A stretch of DNA of 64,000 nucleotides from Nitrospirota bacterium (GCA_963749655.1 CAVVOB010000028.1:256001-320000), one strand, 5' to 3'; shown: positions 43,228 through 54,279, numbered from the stretch's first letter. Numbers and translations: made by a program. The notes: generated from the letters alone by a model not told the origin.

Positions 43228-43320
43228 AGACTTCCTTTAAAAATTAACCAGTTATTATCGAGACGGAAAAAGCATCTATGCTTTTCGTGCGCATATCAAG
43301 TACCAGGGAGCACACCACCA

Positions 43321-44106
43321 TCACAATCCCCGGCTCGCTGCCCAGCCCAGAATCCGATCTGCAACGACCTGCCAGCCCGGCTCCAGCATCATGTCATGCG
43401 CCATGTTGGGAAAGATCTCTGCTTCTCTTCCATAGGCATGTGCCGTTGCCTTTTGTTCCGCTACGGAAAAGATACGGTCATTTTCAGCTGCGAGAACCAG
43501 CATCGGGGTCTTGATGTTTTCAGGGCGCGGAAGATCGAAAAGGAGCGTCTCGAGCTGCATGCGGAAGGACTCTTGCTGCAAACGCGAAAAATGTCGTGCG
43601 ATCTCGGCCGGAGGAACCTGCTGAGAGAAGAAAGAATCGCGCGCAAGTTCCTGCGTTCGTATTGCCTCCTGCAAGCTCATAAACACCTGCGATCTTATAA
43701 ATGGCCCGGGATGCCGCAGGGCGTAGCGGACGGCAAAGCCGATCGTCCCTGATACGGGGATCGTGGCCAGGAGAACACAGGCCGCGGCAGAGTTCTTTTC
43801 CAGATATTTTTGCGCCACGTACCCACCCATGGAATGACCGACGATCATCGGCGGCCGGGGGAGAGATTCCGCCACCTTTGCTACATCGGCAACGTAGCCA
43901 TGTGCAGCGCTGTGCCAACGAATGTTTTCCCGCCCTTCACTCGCGCCATGGCCGCGCAGGCTGACAGCGTAGGTGGCATACCCGTGCTGAGCAAAATAGG
44001 GCTGGAATTTCTCCCAGCACCATGCACCGTGCCAGGCGCCGTGCACAAAGAGAATCGGTGTCGGACGGGTCGCGTTCGTTGTATCGGCAATAACTTCGAG
44101 TTTCAT
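43321..44106 (-). CDS. Alpha/beta-fold hydrolase
   Basis: FVHGAWHGAWCW, LRGHG, GHSMGG, AHDMML. Confidence 0.9.
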   Translation of the reverse strand: MKLEVIADTTNATRPTPILFVHGAWHGAWCWEKFQPYFAQHGYATYAVSLRGHGASEGRENIRWHSAAHGYVADVAKVAESLPRPPMIVGHSMGGYVAQKYLEKNSAAACVLLATIPVSGTIGFAVRYALRHPGPFIRSQVFMSLQEAIRTQELARDSFFSQQVPPAEIARHFSRLQQESFRMQLETLLFDLPRPENIKTPMLVLAAENDRIFSVAEQKATAHAYGREAEIFPNMAHDMMLEPGWQVVADRILGWAASRGL

Positions 44107-44575
44107 GGCGCAATTGATCCTTTCGACAAGAGGTCTTCCGAAGATATCTCGGACACCAAATTCTTTAAATCACAAGATCAGATCAAGCGGTCATGCTTGG
44201 GAGGAGTCGAGATAAGGTCGAACCGCGGCTGGGAAGGGCCTCCCGGAGAACGACATTACTATACTTGGACAAATTAGGCAAGGACTCCGATGGGGTATTT
44301 TTGCGGGAGGGAATACTACAGTTATGAGTTCGTAATTTTTTGTTTTCAGTTAAAAATCATGGGTATTCAGTCGCAGTTCCTTGATCTTACGGAGTTTCTT
44401 GACCGATACCGCGGAGCAGGAGAAAAGACGAAAAAGGAGGAATGTGGACGGTAGTTTCTCTGCGCTCAGCGTGTTTGCGCTCCAACGACGAGATGGGATC
44501 GGGAAGGGAAAAACACTCCCAATTATGTTGTAGAATCATTGGTTTGGTCCGTCCGGACGATAAAGATGACGGCCT

Positions 44576-45184
44576 CTACAGTTTCCCGGTCTTCTGGTAC
44601 TCCTGCACATAGACCTTGATGGCCCGAAGGATGATCCAGTCCAGGGTAACGCTGTTGTCCTGGGCGATCCGGACGAGGGCATCGATCAGTTCCTTGTCTA
44701 TTGCAGGCATGCCCTGTGACGGTGTCGAAGCTTCGGGCTCGGGCGAGGATGCCGTTGAAGGCACGCTCTGTTCTGCGCCGGGATTACGCTTCACATGCTC
44801 GCGCCGAAGTTGTTCCATCAAGTTATGAACATCGCCGCTCATGATCGCCTGCCGTACGTCATCGGGTACGTCGCCAGCCGGTGGTGTCTCTTGCTGCTGT
44901 GGTGAAGGCGGCGACTGTTCCGCGGCAGGCGATGGCGGCATTGCCATACCGGGCCCCGGCATCATGCCGGTCATGCCCATCATCATGTTTGCCAGGTTCC
45001 TGGCGTATTCATTGTCCGGCATTTCTTCCTTCAGAAACTCGTCGAGCTTTCCCTCTGCCATTGCTTGCGCCATGCGGTCGGCTGTCAGGTTGCCTGCGTC
45101 TTCCGGCTGTTCGAATCCTTTTTTTCTGCCAAAGGCTGTTGTCGGCGGTTTGGGAAGCGGTTTATCTTTGTGGGATTTCCTCAC
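44576..45184 (-). CDS. Hypothetical Pro/Met-rich protein with possible C-terminal ribbon-helix-helix
   Basis: GTG start after GGAAAGGAG; C-terminal IDKELIDAL..IA..V.LDWII.RAI..YV. Confidence 0.6.
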   Translation of the reverse strand: MRKSHKDKPLPKPPTTAFGRKKGFEQPEDAGNLTADRMAQAMAEGKLDEFLKEEMPDNEYARNLANMMMGMTGMMPGPGMAMPPSPAAEQSPPSPQQQETPPAGDVPDDVRQAIMSGDVHNLMEQLRREHVKRNPGAEQSVPSTASSPEPEASTPSQGMPAIDKELIDALVRIAQDNSVTLDWIILRAIKVYVQEYQKTGKL

Positions 45185-45201
45185 TGATCTCCTTTCCCGT
45201 A

Positions 45202-45903
45202 CTACCTGAAGTACGCTGCGAAATAGGGCTTGAGCGCCTTCAACGTGTCGTCTGCAACGAGCGGCACCATGGACGCAAAACAGTCGAGGTTGACGAGTGC
45301 GTTGATGTTCGCGTCCTTCTTGGCCGCATCGCGCAAGCGGACAGCGAAATCGCGGTTCACCTTGCCCACCTCGGCATAGACCTTGGTCAGGCCGTCGAGC
45401 CGCCACTCGGCGTGCTGGTTTTCCTGGTTTTTGTAATACTGGACCAAAAGATACATCGAGACCATCCTGAAAACCGTCTCGTCGAGCGACGCGAAGGGCA
45501 GGTGGAACCGAACCATGGGTTTGAGGTGCTCCATGACGGGGCAGCCGCTCGTGGTCATGATGATGCCGATGAGCGGGCTCAGGCCGAGCTGGATGGTGGT
45601 CTCCTTGGCGAAAATGCGCTCCTCCGTCGTCACGGTCACGACGACCTCTTCGTGGGAGAGCGTGTCCTTGAACTCCTCGGCAATGTCCCCGAAGTTCAGG
45701 GCCACGGGACAATAAATGGTCTTCTTCACATCAAGGGGGCAATTCTCGCATTGTTTGTGCGTGAGCAGGGCCCAGAGGGGCTGGTGATTGTTCGTTTGAT
45801 CCCTCTGCAGGGCAAGCGTGTCGCGGTCCAGGCTGACGATGAACTTCTTGCTCGTACCTTTTTTGAATTTGTAGGCATACTCGATTACAATTGGCGCGGC
45901 CAT
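45202..45903 (-). CDS. DUF6901-like protein
   Basis: W..L...QC..CPL....CP, M.TSGCP...LKPM.RFHLPFA. Confidence 0.7.
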   Translation of the reverse strand: MAAPIVIEYAYKFKKGTSKKFIVSLDRDTLALQRDQTNNHQPLWALLTHKQCENCPLDVKKTIYCPVALNFGDIAEEFKDTLSHEEVVVTVTTEERIFAKETTIQLGLSPLIGIIMTTSGCPVMEHLKPMVRFHLPFASLDETVFRMVSMYLLVQYYKNQENQHAEWRLDGLTKVYAEVGKVNRDFAVRLRDAAKKDANINALVNLDCFASMVPLVADDTLKALKPYFAAYFR

Positions 45904-46108
45904 GTGTCCCTCCGTCTAGGGAATACAATATCTCATGGCCCGGACCTTGTCAAGACAACTCCCGTCCCCGGACTTTGAAAATAGCGGGCGGAATTGAGGC
46001 GAATTATTGTTGCACGAATTCCGGAGAAAGGGTAAAGTGGGGGCACAAAAAACACTGATCAACGCTTCAGGAAAGCATCTTCCTGGAACGGAAAACAAGG
46101 AGATTCTC

Positions 46109-46537
46109 ATGGCGCAGGCAAAGCAGGGCGACACTGTTCAGATCCATTACACCGGCAAGCTGGGAGACGGCACCGTGTTCGATAGTTCCCGGGGCCGCCG
46201 GCCGCTCCAGTTCACCATCGGCAAGGGAGCGGTCATTGCCGGGTTCGAACAGGCTGTGGTCGGCATGGAGACCGGCGAGTCCAAGACCACGACAATTCCC
46301 GTGGACCAGGCATACGGGGCCCGCAGGGACGATATGATCGTGACCGTGGAGCGGAGTCAGCTTCCCGCGGAGGTGAATCCCAAAGTCGGACAGCGGCTCG
46401 AACTTACCCAGGAGGACGACCGGACCATTCTCGTTACGGTCATGGACGTCACGGATTCAACCATGACCCTTGACGCGAACCATCCTCTTGCGGGCAAAGA
46501 CCTTATCTTCGACCTCGAGCTTGTCGGGATCCTGTAG
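46109..46537 (+). CDS. FKBP-type peptidyl-prolyl isomerase (SlyD/SlpA-like)
   Basis: GDTV.IHYTGKL.DG.VFDSS, AYG, DANHPLAGKDL.F. Confidence 0.93.
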   Translation: MAQAKQGDTVQIHYTGKLGDGTVFDSSRGRRPLQFTIGKGAVIAGFEQAVVGMETGESKTTTIPVDQAYGARRDDMIVTVERSQLPAEVNPKVGQRLELTQEDDRTILVTVMDVTDSTMTLDANHPLAGKDLIFDLELVGIL

Positions 46538-46563
46538 ACCCGGCAAGCTTCCTCGGCAACGAC

Positions 46564-47210
46564 ATGCAGGACCTTTCCCCCTTCGATCATCACCGGGATG
46601 AATATGAGGCGTGGTTCGTGCGCCATGCCGCGGTCTACCGATCCGAGCTGTCGGCAATCAGGGCCCTGATGCCGGACCACGGCAGGGGGCTCGAGATCGG
46701 CGTCGGAAGCGGTCTCTTTGCGGGACCGCTCGGCATGCAGGCCGGCGTCGATCCATTCGCCAAGGATGCTCGAACTGGCCCGACAACGGGGCATCGACGT
46801 TGTCCAGGGCGTTGCAGAATCACTTCCTTTCCGGACCAATCCTTCGATCTCGCGCTCATGGTCACTACGTCTGTTTCCTCGATGACATCGACCTTGCTTT
46901 CAGCGAGGCCTTCCGCGTACTGAAAAATAATAAAGGCGTCTTTCTGGTCGGCTTCGTGGACAAGGCAAGCGCCATCGGCCGGTCCTACGAGGAGAAGAAG
47001 GACAAGAGCCTTTTCTACTGCAACGCGGAATTCTATACGGTCCCTGACCTGCTTGCCCATCTCAGCCTTGCCGGCTTCATAAACTTCCGCATTGTCCAGA
47101 CACTCTTTCATTCCCTTTCCGAGAGCACAAAACAAGAACCGATTCGCGAGGGACACGGGGAAGGATCTTTTATCGTGATCAAGGCGGAGAAGGAGGGTGA
47201 CAGCCCATGA
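46564..47210 (+). CDS. Class I SAM-dependent methyltransferase; frameshifted
   Basis: LEIGVGSG, GVDP, F.D.SFD, CFLDD, EAFRVLK. Confidence 0.8.
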
Positions 47211-48110
47211 CTAGAGCCGGAAACCGCAGAGCGAAAGTCGCACTCGTCAGGACAGCAGACCGCGAAACCGGCGTTCCTGCGGTGATCGATCCGCTCAAGA
47301 TCGATGCCTTCCAGGGAAAGAACGTACTGCTCAAGCCAAACTTCAATACCGACGACCCGTATCCCGGCTCAACCCACAACGACACCCTGCGGTACCTGAT
47401 CAATCGACTCCGGACCCTGGGCGCGGGCAGGATCACCGTGGCAGAACGAAGCGGACCTGCTGATACGAGCGAAGTGATCACGTCAAAGGGCGTGGACAAG
47501 CTCTGCAAGGAGCTGAGCGTTGATCTCCTCAACTTCGAGGACCTTCCGCCTGACGCATGGAAGCGGTAAAGCCGGAGCACTGCACGTGGAAAACAGGCTT
47601 CGACATTGCCCGGCCCGTGCTCGACGCCGATTCTGTCGTAACAACTGCTGCCTCAAGACCCACGGGTACGGCGTCGTCTTCACGATATCCCTGAAACTTG
47701 CCGTTGGCATCACCCACAAGCGCAACATGGCCGAACTGCACTCCTCAGGTGGGAACATGGGCAGGCTGATCGCCGAGATCAACCAGGCTTATGCACCGTC
47801 TCTCATCCTCCTCGACGCCATCGAAGCTTTCGTGGACCGCGGCCCCATGACGGGCCCCCGCAAGCGGGCTGATGTCCTTGTCGCAAAATCGGACCGGACC
47901 GCCATCGGCGCGGTCGGCCTCGCGATCCTGCAACATCTCGGCAGCAACGCGGCCATCATGGGAACGAAGATCTTCGAGCACGACCAGCTCCGCCGCGCTG
48001 TGGAGCTCGGTCTCGGCATATCAGACCCGCAGCAGATCGAATTCGTGACTGGTGACAAGGAAAGCCGGAAGTATGCGGAAAAGCTGAAAGAGATCCTTAG
48101 AAGGGGATGA
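47207..48110 (+). CDS. DUF362 family protein; frameshifted
   Basis: VLLKPNFN, STH, VAERSG, CLKTH, SLKLAVG, GP. Confidence 0.78.
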
Positions 48111-48165
48111 AACATCTAAAAACAATCAGCCACGGACAGGTAATTAAGAAGATATCGGAGGGGAC

Positions 48166-48205
48166 AAAAAAACCGCTCCCTGCTGGTCAAAGCAGGGAGC
48201 GGTTT
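48166..48205 (-). terminator. Intrinsic terminator downstream of yidC (possibly bidirectional)
   Basis: AAACCGCTCCCTGCT-loop-AGCAGGGAGCGGTTT with an A-tract, between convergent genes. Confidence 0.85.
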
Positions 48206-48220
48206 CCGTCAGTCAAAAAA

Positions 48221-49915
48221 CTATGATAAAGCGGGCGGCGCTGTTACGCCGATGAGTTTCCGCACGTACAACTGCTGTCCGATGGAGAGCAGGTTGCTCA
48301 GCGTGATGTAGAGCAGCAGTCCGGCCGGCAGCCAGGCAAAGAGGAAGATAAAAGCGATGTTCATGAACATCATGATCTTGGCCTGCTGGGGGTCCGGCGT
48401 GGTGGACGTCATCTTCATGGTGAAGATCATGCTCACGCCCATAAGAATCGGCAGAATGTAGTAGGGATCGAAGACCGAAAGGTCCTTGATCCAGAAGGGA
48501 ATGAACGACGCCTGCCGGAGCTCGATGGACACGGACAGCACGTTATACAGGGCCACGAAGAACGGCAGCTGGAGCAGCATGGGGAGGCACCCGCCGAGGG
48601 GGTTCACCTTGTGCTCCTTGTACAGCTTCATCATCTCCTGGTTCATGCGGGTCGGGTCTTTCTTGAACTTCTCCCGCACGGCCATGAGCTGCGGCTGGAT
48701 CTTCTTCATCTCCTCCATGGCCTTGGCGCTCTTGAGCGAAGGATAGAAGAGCAGTGCGCGGACCACGATCGTGAGAAGAATGATCGCGATGCCGTAGTTT
48801 CTCGTGATGCCGAAAAATAGCTCCAGGAGCCAGAACATGGGCTTTGCGAGGATGCTGAACCAGCCGTAGTCGACCATCCGCTCCAGACCGTGCCCCTGCG
48901 CCTGCAGGAGCGTAAAGCTCTTCGGGCCGGCGTAAAGCGTGAACTTCTGTTCCTCCGGCTTTTCCTTGACCGTCAGCTCCGTCGTGAGCAGATCGCCCAC
49001 TTCCTTGGGAGCCGCTGTTTTTTTGCTGGTGACGATGCCGTTCGCGCCGTAGATCAGGGCAGCGGTGAAATACTTGTCGTCCTGGGCAAGCCAGCCGATA
49101 TTGCCGGCATACTGCACCTCGCCCTTGATGCTGTCCACCTTGTCTGCAATAAGCTTGTTGTCGGCAACGGTGACCATGCCGACGCGGCCGCTTGCGTCCT
49201 TGCTCACCTTGTCCGCGAGCCCGAAGTCCGTGCCGAGGTCAAGAGAGTATCCGTCGAGGTTCTTCGTCGTTACGGCCACATCCACCTTGTAGCTGTCGTT
49301 GTAGAAGACGAGCTTCTTTTCGATGACGATGCCGCCGGGACCGGAATAGGAAAGGACCAGGGTCTCGGAAGGTTTATCCTTGCCGAGATGCAGCGCGTCT
49401 CGGTCCGCCTGGAACGCGACGCCTGCGAGACCGGCGAGGTTCTTGTCAAGCGGGACCACGGTGAGCGGGGGCGTCATTTCGTTTCTGCCTATTCCCTCGT
49501 ATACGGGAACGAGCTGCACATTGCCCAGTTCCTTTTTCGGCTTCTCCTCTTTTTTCGCCTCTCCGGTGAACTTCTTGTACAGCGCACCAAGGCCGACTTC
49601 GGTCTTGTCCGCTTCCCGGTAGTGCTTGAGCTCCCAGTGCCTGATCACGCCGCCGGCCGTATTCACCACGGCCTTCATCAGGTCTGTTTCGATGACGATG
49701 TCCTTCCCCTTGACGGACGGCTCGATTTTCGCCGCGACTTCAGGCCGTACTGCGAGCGGTTTTTCCTGCTCGGCTGCTTTTTGCCGGACCGGCTCCTGCT
49801 TAGCGGACTCCGGCGCTACGGGCTTTATTGGCGGTTTTGGCGCAAAAAAACGTACATACACCAGAAAAACCAGCAGAGAGAGCGATAAAGCTAAAATGAA
49901 TCTTCGTGTTTCCAT
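48221..49915 (-). CDS. yidC: Membrane protein insertase YidC
   Basis: YAGPK, VDYGWF, NYGIAIILLT, VNPLGGCLP, DPYYILP. Confidence 0.97.
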   Translation of the reverse strand: METRRFILALSLSLLVFLVYVRFFAPKPPIKPVAPESAKQEPVRQKAAEQEKPLAVRPEVAAKIEPSVKGKDIVIETDLMKAVVNTAGGVIRHWELKHYREADKTEVGLGALYKKFTGEAKKEEKPKKELGNVQLVPVYEGIGRNEMTPPLTVVPLDKNLAGLAGVAFQADRDALHLGKDKPSETLVLSYSGPGGIVIEKKLVFYNDSYKVDVAVTTKNLDGYSLDLGTDFGLADKVSKDASGRVGMVTVADNKLIADKVDSIKGEVQYAGNIGWLAQDDKYFTAALIYGANGIVTSKKTAAPKEVGDLLTTELTVKEKPEEQKFTLYAGPKSFTLLQAQGHGLERMVDYGWFSILAKPMFWLLELFFGITRNYGIAIILLTIVVRALLFYPSLKSAKAMEEMKKIQPQLMAVREKFKKDPTRMNQEMMKLYKEHKVNPLGGCLPMLLQLPFFVALYNVLSVSIELRQASFIPFWIKDLSVFDPYYILPILMGVSMIFTMKMTSTTPDPQQAKIMMFMNIAFIFLFAWLPAGLLLYITLSNLLSIGQQLYVRKLIGVTAPPALS

Positions 49916-49996
49916 GAATCCTCCGGATCTCGGGTTACTCCGTTACGACGGTGTTTGTCACATCGGGCCCGGCACTTCTCTTCCCGACGAGGGTTG

Positions 49997-50233
49997 TCAT
50001 TTCTTTCCAGACTCTTCGGCCACGGGATCGACGGGATCGTAGCCGCCGGGATGAAAGGGATGGCACCGGGCGAGCCGCGCCCCCGTCATCCACATCGCCC
50101 GTATCGTGCCTTTCTTCTCGAAGGCCTCGAGCGCGTATTCCGAACACGAGGGGGTGAAGCGGCAAGCTTGAGGCAGGAAAGGAGAGAGAATAAGCCGATA
50201 GAGGCGGATGAGAGCGATAAAAAATCGATTCAC
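49997..50233 (-). CDS. yidD: Membrane protein insertion efficiency factor YidD
   Basis: CRFTPSCSEY, RCHPFHPGGYDPV. Confidence 0.95.
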   Translation of the reverse strand: MNRFFIALIRLYRLILSPFLPQACRFTPSCSEYALEAFEKKGTIRAMWMTGARLARCHPFHPGGYDPVDPVAEESGKK

Positions 50234-50598
50234 GATCGTGCGCCTTCCGGACGTTGATTGCGAAGGGCCGTCCTCTTGAGGACCGCTTCCACCGCTTGTG
50301 CGATCTGCGCGTACGAGGCCGTGTACAGCTCCCGCCGCGCCACAAAGACCAGATCGAACCCCAGGGAATAGCCTGCGAGCGCCTGCATGACACTGCTCCG
50401 TATCCGGCGCTTCAGTCTGTTTCTTCCGACTGCATTCGCAAACTTCTTGCTGACCGATATGCCGACCCGGAAATTGCCCTTGTCGTTGCCGGCATAAAAA
50501 AGAGAAAGACCGTCGAGAGACAGTCTTTTTCCATTCATCGTTGAAACGAACTCCGTATTTTTCCGCAAGCGCTCGCTTTTACGGTAGGCGTAGGGCAT
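50230..50598 (-). CDS. rnpA: Ribonuclease P protein component
   Basis: ERLRK..EF, RVGISVSKK..NAV.RNRLKRRIR. Confidence 0.93.
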   Translation of the reverse strand: MPYAYRKSERLRKNTEFVSTMNGKRLSLDGLSLFYAGNDKGNFRVGISVSKKFANAVGRNRLKRRIRSSVMQALAGYSLGFDLVFVARRELYTASYAQIAQAVEAVLKRTALRNQRPEGARS

Positions 50599-50619
50599 CA
50601 CACCTTCCAGCCGGCAATG

Positions 50620-50757
50620 CTAGACCGCCAGACGCTTTCTTCCCTTGGCCCTGCGACGGTTGATAACGTTCCTTCCGTTCGGGGTGCCCATCCGCTTCCT
50701 GAAGCCCTGCGCGCGCTTCTGCTTGAGATTGCTTTTTTGTGCTGTTGTCTCCGACAT
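50620..50757 (-). CDS. rpmH: 50S ribosomal protein L34 (not in the ORF track)
   Basis: [45 protein letters not shown]; RBS AGGAG. Confidence 0.95.
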   Translation of the reverse strand: MSETTAQKSNLKQKRAQGFRKRMGTPNGRNVINRRRAKGRKRLAV

Positions 50758-51005
50758 CGTTCCTGCTCCTTCATTGGTAATTTGGACAGGGGGGTATTAT
50801 AAGCGAAAACAGAAATATGTCAAGGGAAAAACCAGTGGAAACAGGCTTTTGACATTGCCGTCCCGGTTTGGTACAGTACGGGCGTGATGGCATGGCCTCA
50901 CGATGAGCTGTGGTTTCTCCTGAAGACGCTGAATACCGGGACCTGCGGGACCTGAAAGACCCGTTCGTTCCTCCCGCCTTCAGACTGTCTGAGTGCTTTT
51001 GACGA

Positions 51006-51441
51006 ATGAAAAAAGGCATAGACTATATCGGCGTAGGCGTTGGTGCCGTCATTCTAGACCGTGACGGCAGGGTCTTTCTCGCCAAGGCGCGGCCGCGAAG
51101 TTCGCAACGAAAAGGGCAGGTGGGAGTTCCCCGGCGGAAGCGTCGAGTTCAACGAAACGCTGGAACATGCCCTTGTTCGTGAAATCCGGGAAGAGTACGG
51201 CGTCGAGATCGAGGTCCGGGAGCTGCTTGACGTCGTCAGCCATATCCTCCCGGCTGAAAAGCAGCACTGGGTGTCTCCCACGTTTCTGTGCACCGTGAAG
51301 AGCGGCACACCGTCCATCCGGGAGCCCCACAAGTGCGACGAGATCGGCTGGTTCGCGGTCGATGAAATTCCCGAGGACCTTCTCACGCTTGCCTCACGGA
51401 AGAGCCTGGAGAGCGTTAAAAAAAGAATTTTTCCCTTCTGA
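51006..51441 (+). CDS. NUDIX hydrolase; frameshift at about 51087
   Basis: MKKGIDYIGVGVGAVI; WEFPGGSVEFNETLEHALVREIREEYG Nudix box. Confidence 0.88.
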
Positions 51442-51451
51442 AAGGAAGTGT

Positions 51452-52123
51452 ATGTCTTACACCTATCCCATCGACGCCATGCTCCTGCTCGGCCCTACGG
51501 GCGTTGGCAAAAGTCCGCTCGGCGATGCCATTGAGAAAAACGGGCTCTTCGGCAGATCATGCCGTCATCTCGATTTCGGATCAGAGCTCCGCGGTGCGGT
51601 CACCAGCAAGGAACAGTCAGCAGCCTACTCGAAAGAGGAGCTGGCTTTCATCCATGGCGTCCTTGAACAGGGGCTTCTGCTCGAAAACGAACACTTCGCC
51701 CTGGCAGAAAAAATCATCTCCCTTTTTCTGAGCCGGGTGGGCTTCTCCCTGCGCAGTATGCTCGTCTTGAACGGCATTCCCCGCCACGCAGGACAGGCGA
51801 AGGACATTGCCGCGATCGCCCGCGTTCATGCGCTCTGCGTGCTCGATTGCTCTGCAGACGTCGTGTTTTCCCGTATTCACTCGAACGTAGGGGGGGACAG
51901 AACCGAACGGATAGACGACAGCAGGGATCTGATCGGAAAAAAACTTGCGATCTTCAGGGAGCGGACCGCTCCGCTCATAGAACACTATGAAAAACTCGGC
52001 AGCAGCGTGTACCGCGTCACCGTTACCGGAACTATGACTCCCGATGATGCGTACCGAAGCCTCTCATCGCTTGCCGCCCTTCACCCACCAGTCGCCCTTG
52101 TCGCTGAACCACCACAACGATGA
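51452..52123 (+). CDS. Adenylate-kinase-like nucleoside monophosphate kinase
   Basis: LLGPTGVGKS, LNGIPRH.GQA, R.DD, F.ERT.PLI.HY. Confidence 0.8.
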   Translation: MSYTYPIDAMLLLGPTGVGKSPLGDAIEKNGLFGRSCRHLDFGSELRGAVTSKEQSAAYSKEELAFIHGVLEQGLLLENEHFALAEKIISLFLSRVGFSLRSMLVLNGIPRHAGQAKDIAAIARVHALCVLDCSADVVFSRIHSNVGGDRTERIDDSRDLIGKKLAIFRERTAPLIEHYEKLGSSVYRVTVTGTMTPDDAYRSLSSLAALHPPVALVAEPPQR

Positions 52124-52639
52124 ATCGGTTTCCAGGATGACCCTGGCCAGCTCGCGCGCCGCATCCGTCTGAAGCCGCTTGAGCGAGAACTCAAGCCATT
52201 CATCTGCGTATTTATTTCCGAGGTCTTTGTATTCCTTCAGCGCCAGGATCATTTCCAGCTGGTCCGCGTCCCGCGCAAGCCGCGCCTCCTCAGTTTTTCC
52301 CTCGATGAATTCGTGGATCAGTTCCCTGATCTCGCTTCCGAAGGGAAGGGTCGCCGCAAGATCATCTACTGCCTTCGACTCGTCTGCGTTCACGTATTTC
52401 TTGTTTACGTAATTCAGGTCCCCGGTCCTCGCTTCCGGAAGATCGTGGAACAGACAGAGCCTGATCAGACGATCGACATTGATACCCTCTGCCAGTCTGC
52501 CGAGCGCATACCCGATGTACGTGGTCCTGAAGATGTGCTCCGCAACGGACTCGGCGCCGGTGCCGAGGAACTGAAATCCGCTCCGCGGGGTCCGCTTGAG
52601 CATGCCTGCTTCGAAAAGAAAGTTTGCGATGTTTTTCAT
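52064..52639 (-). CDS. HD-domain 5'-nucleotidase-like protein (YfbR/HDDC2)
   Basis: LKRTPRSG, ESVAEH, HDLPEARTGD, DADQLE. Confidence 0.9.
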   Translation of the reverse strand: MKNIANFLFEAGMLKRTPRSGFQFLGTGAESVAEHIFRTTYIGYALGRLAEGINVDRLIRLCLFHDLPEARTGDLNYVNKKYVNADESKAVDDLAATLPFGSEIRELIHEFIEGKTEEARLARDADQLEMILALKEYKDLGNKYADEWLEFSLKRLQTDAARELARVILETDSSLWWFSDKGDWWVKGGKR

Positions 52640-52738
52640 GGCAGGTTCTTATACCACCTTTCCCGGAACGTGTAAAGCTTCTCTCTCGTATTCTTAAAAA
52701 AAATTAGTTTTGCGATGGGGATATTCGATTTTGGGAGA

Positions 52739-52979
52739 TTGTCTACAGGTTGCCCGGGGTAAGATCTATTATTAAGATATATTAAATAAATTAGCAGTAG
52801 TAGTAGTAGGTGTTGTGAATATGTTGGGATGTCTTTTATCTGTTTGAAAGGCTGAAAAAAAAAGAACAGCGCAGAATGAGAAAGCGGATGTGAATGACTG
52901 AGGACTGCGCTGTTGATAACCATGGATGCGTGATGATTCACAGGTTGTTCCACGGCAACTCACAGCAGGCTGTGCATTA
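52739..52979. other. Probable oriC unwinding region: AT-rich DUE, DnaA-trios and degenerate DnaA boxes
   Basis: AT-rich 52761-52791; TAG CAG TAG TAG TAG TAG 52792-52809; box-like TGTGAATAT 52814, TTGTCTACA 52739, TGTGAATGA 52889, TGTTGATAA 52911, TGATTCACA 52934. Confidence 0.8.
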
Positions 52980-53331
52980 TCCCGGAGGCCAGGAAAAACG
53001 GCGTCCGGACAGGATATGAAGATGAATATGGAACACTGTCTGGCCGGCACCGGAGCCGTTGTTGATGACCATGCGGTAGCCTTTTTTGTCCAGGTCCTTT
53101 TCCGTCGCAATCTGTTTTGCCACCCAGAAGAGGTGTCCGATCAAGTTCCCGGTCCGACTCGGCAATGCTGTGAATTTCGGGGATGTGCTTTTTCGGCACG
53201 ACGAGGATATGCACGGGCGCCTGGGGGTTCACGTCTTCAAAGGCCACCACGCTTTCGTCCTCGTAAACGATCTTCGACGGGATCTTTTTTTCGATGATTT
53301 TGCAGAAGATGCAGACAGGATCAAGGCTCAT
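52977..53331 (-). CDS. hinT: Histidine triad nucleotide-binding protein; frameshift at about 53145
   Basis: [36 protein letters not shown]. Confidence 0.9.
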
Positions 53332-53669
53332 GGTTTTTCTCCCTGGCGGCCGGAAAAGCTCCGGAAGAAGCAGGACCGCGCGCCGGTGTGACAGGCGGGG
53401 CCGGTCTGATCGACTTTGATCAGGAGCGTATCCTGATCACAGTCATAGAGGATGTCCTTGACCCGCTGAACATGGCCCGAGGTCTCTCCCTTTTGCCAGA
53501 ACTTCTGCCGGGAGCGGCTCCAGAACCAGGTGAGCCCGGTTTCAACGGTTCTTTTCAGTGATTCGGCGTTCATATACGCGACCATCAGGACCTCGCTGGA
53601 TTGCCAGTCCTGGATGACCGCGGGAATGAGCCCCTTGTCGTCGAATTTGAGGTTGTCGGGTATCTTCAT
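53328..53669 (-). CDS. hisI: Phosphoribosyl-AMP cyclohydrolase
   Basis: [36 protein letters not shown]. Confidence 0.95.
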   Translation of the reverse strand: MKIPDNLKFDDKGLIPAVIQDWQSSEVLMVAYMNAESLKRTVETGLTWFWSRSRQKFWQKGETSGHVQRVKDILYDCDQDTLLIKVDQTGPACHTGARSCFFRSFSGRQGEKP

Positions 53670-53728
53670 GAAAAACGTTTTAACATAAACGCCGCAAAAT
53701 GTCCAGCGATCGGAGGCGGAAAAAAAGC

Positions 53729-53764
53729 AAAAAAAAACCGGTCTTCGGGAAGAGGACCGGTTTT
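53729..53764 (-). terminator. Intrinsic terminator after the tusA-dsrE operon
   Basis: AAAACCGGTCTT...AGGACCGGTTTT hairpin with a long A-tract. Confidence 0.75.
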
Positions 53765-53788
53765 GCATGATTGCTGTTTGAGTGAGGA

Positions 53789-54262
53789 CTAGATGAACAG
53801 GTTGATCTGTGAATCGGCAGCCACGTCCAGCCAGGTTGCAGCGCCGCCGAACTCAACGCCGTCAACAATGTCCGACTGCTTGACGCCCATGACGTCCATG
53901 GTCATCTGGCAGGCGATGAGTTTTACTCCGCTTTCCTTGGCCATATCCAGGAGCTGGCCGATGGATGCCACGCCGTGCTTGTTGAACATGGATTTCATCA
54001 TGGACGTTGCCATGGCCTCCATGCCCGGAAGCGAGCCGACCAGCGTGGGGATCGGCACCGGCATCGGCATGGCGGGGTTTCCGATCGGGGAAATCTTCAG
54101 CTTGTCGGCATTGCCTTTCTTGATGATATCGAGGCCGAAGAACGTGAAAAAGATCGTTACGTCCACATCCATGGCCGCGGCGGTTGTCGCCAGGATCAGG
54201 GGCGGATACGCCATGTCCAGCGAACCTTTTGACGCAATGATGGTCATCTTCTTATTTGCCAT
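53789..54262 (-). CDS. DsrE2-like sulfur-carrier protein
   Basis: [33 protein letters not shown]. Confidence 0.88.
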   Translation of the reverse strand: MANKKMTIIASKGSLDMAYPPLILATTAAAMDVDVTIFFTFFGLDIIKKGNADKLKISPIGNPAMPMPVPIPTLVGSLPGMEAMATSMMKSMFNKHGVASIGQLLDMAKESGVKLIACQMTMDVMGVKQSDIVDGVEFGGAATWLDVAADSQINLFI

Positions 54263-54279
54263 TGTGTTCTCCTTGGGGG

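Noticed and set aside
52636-53110. Short ORFs over the origin-like region
   Set aside because: Low-complexity translations of the AT-rich and TAG-repeat DNA, better explained as oriC.
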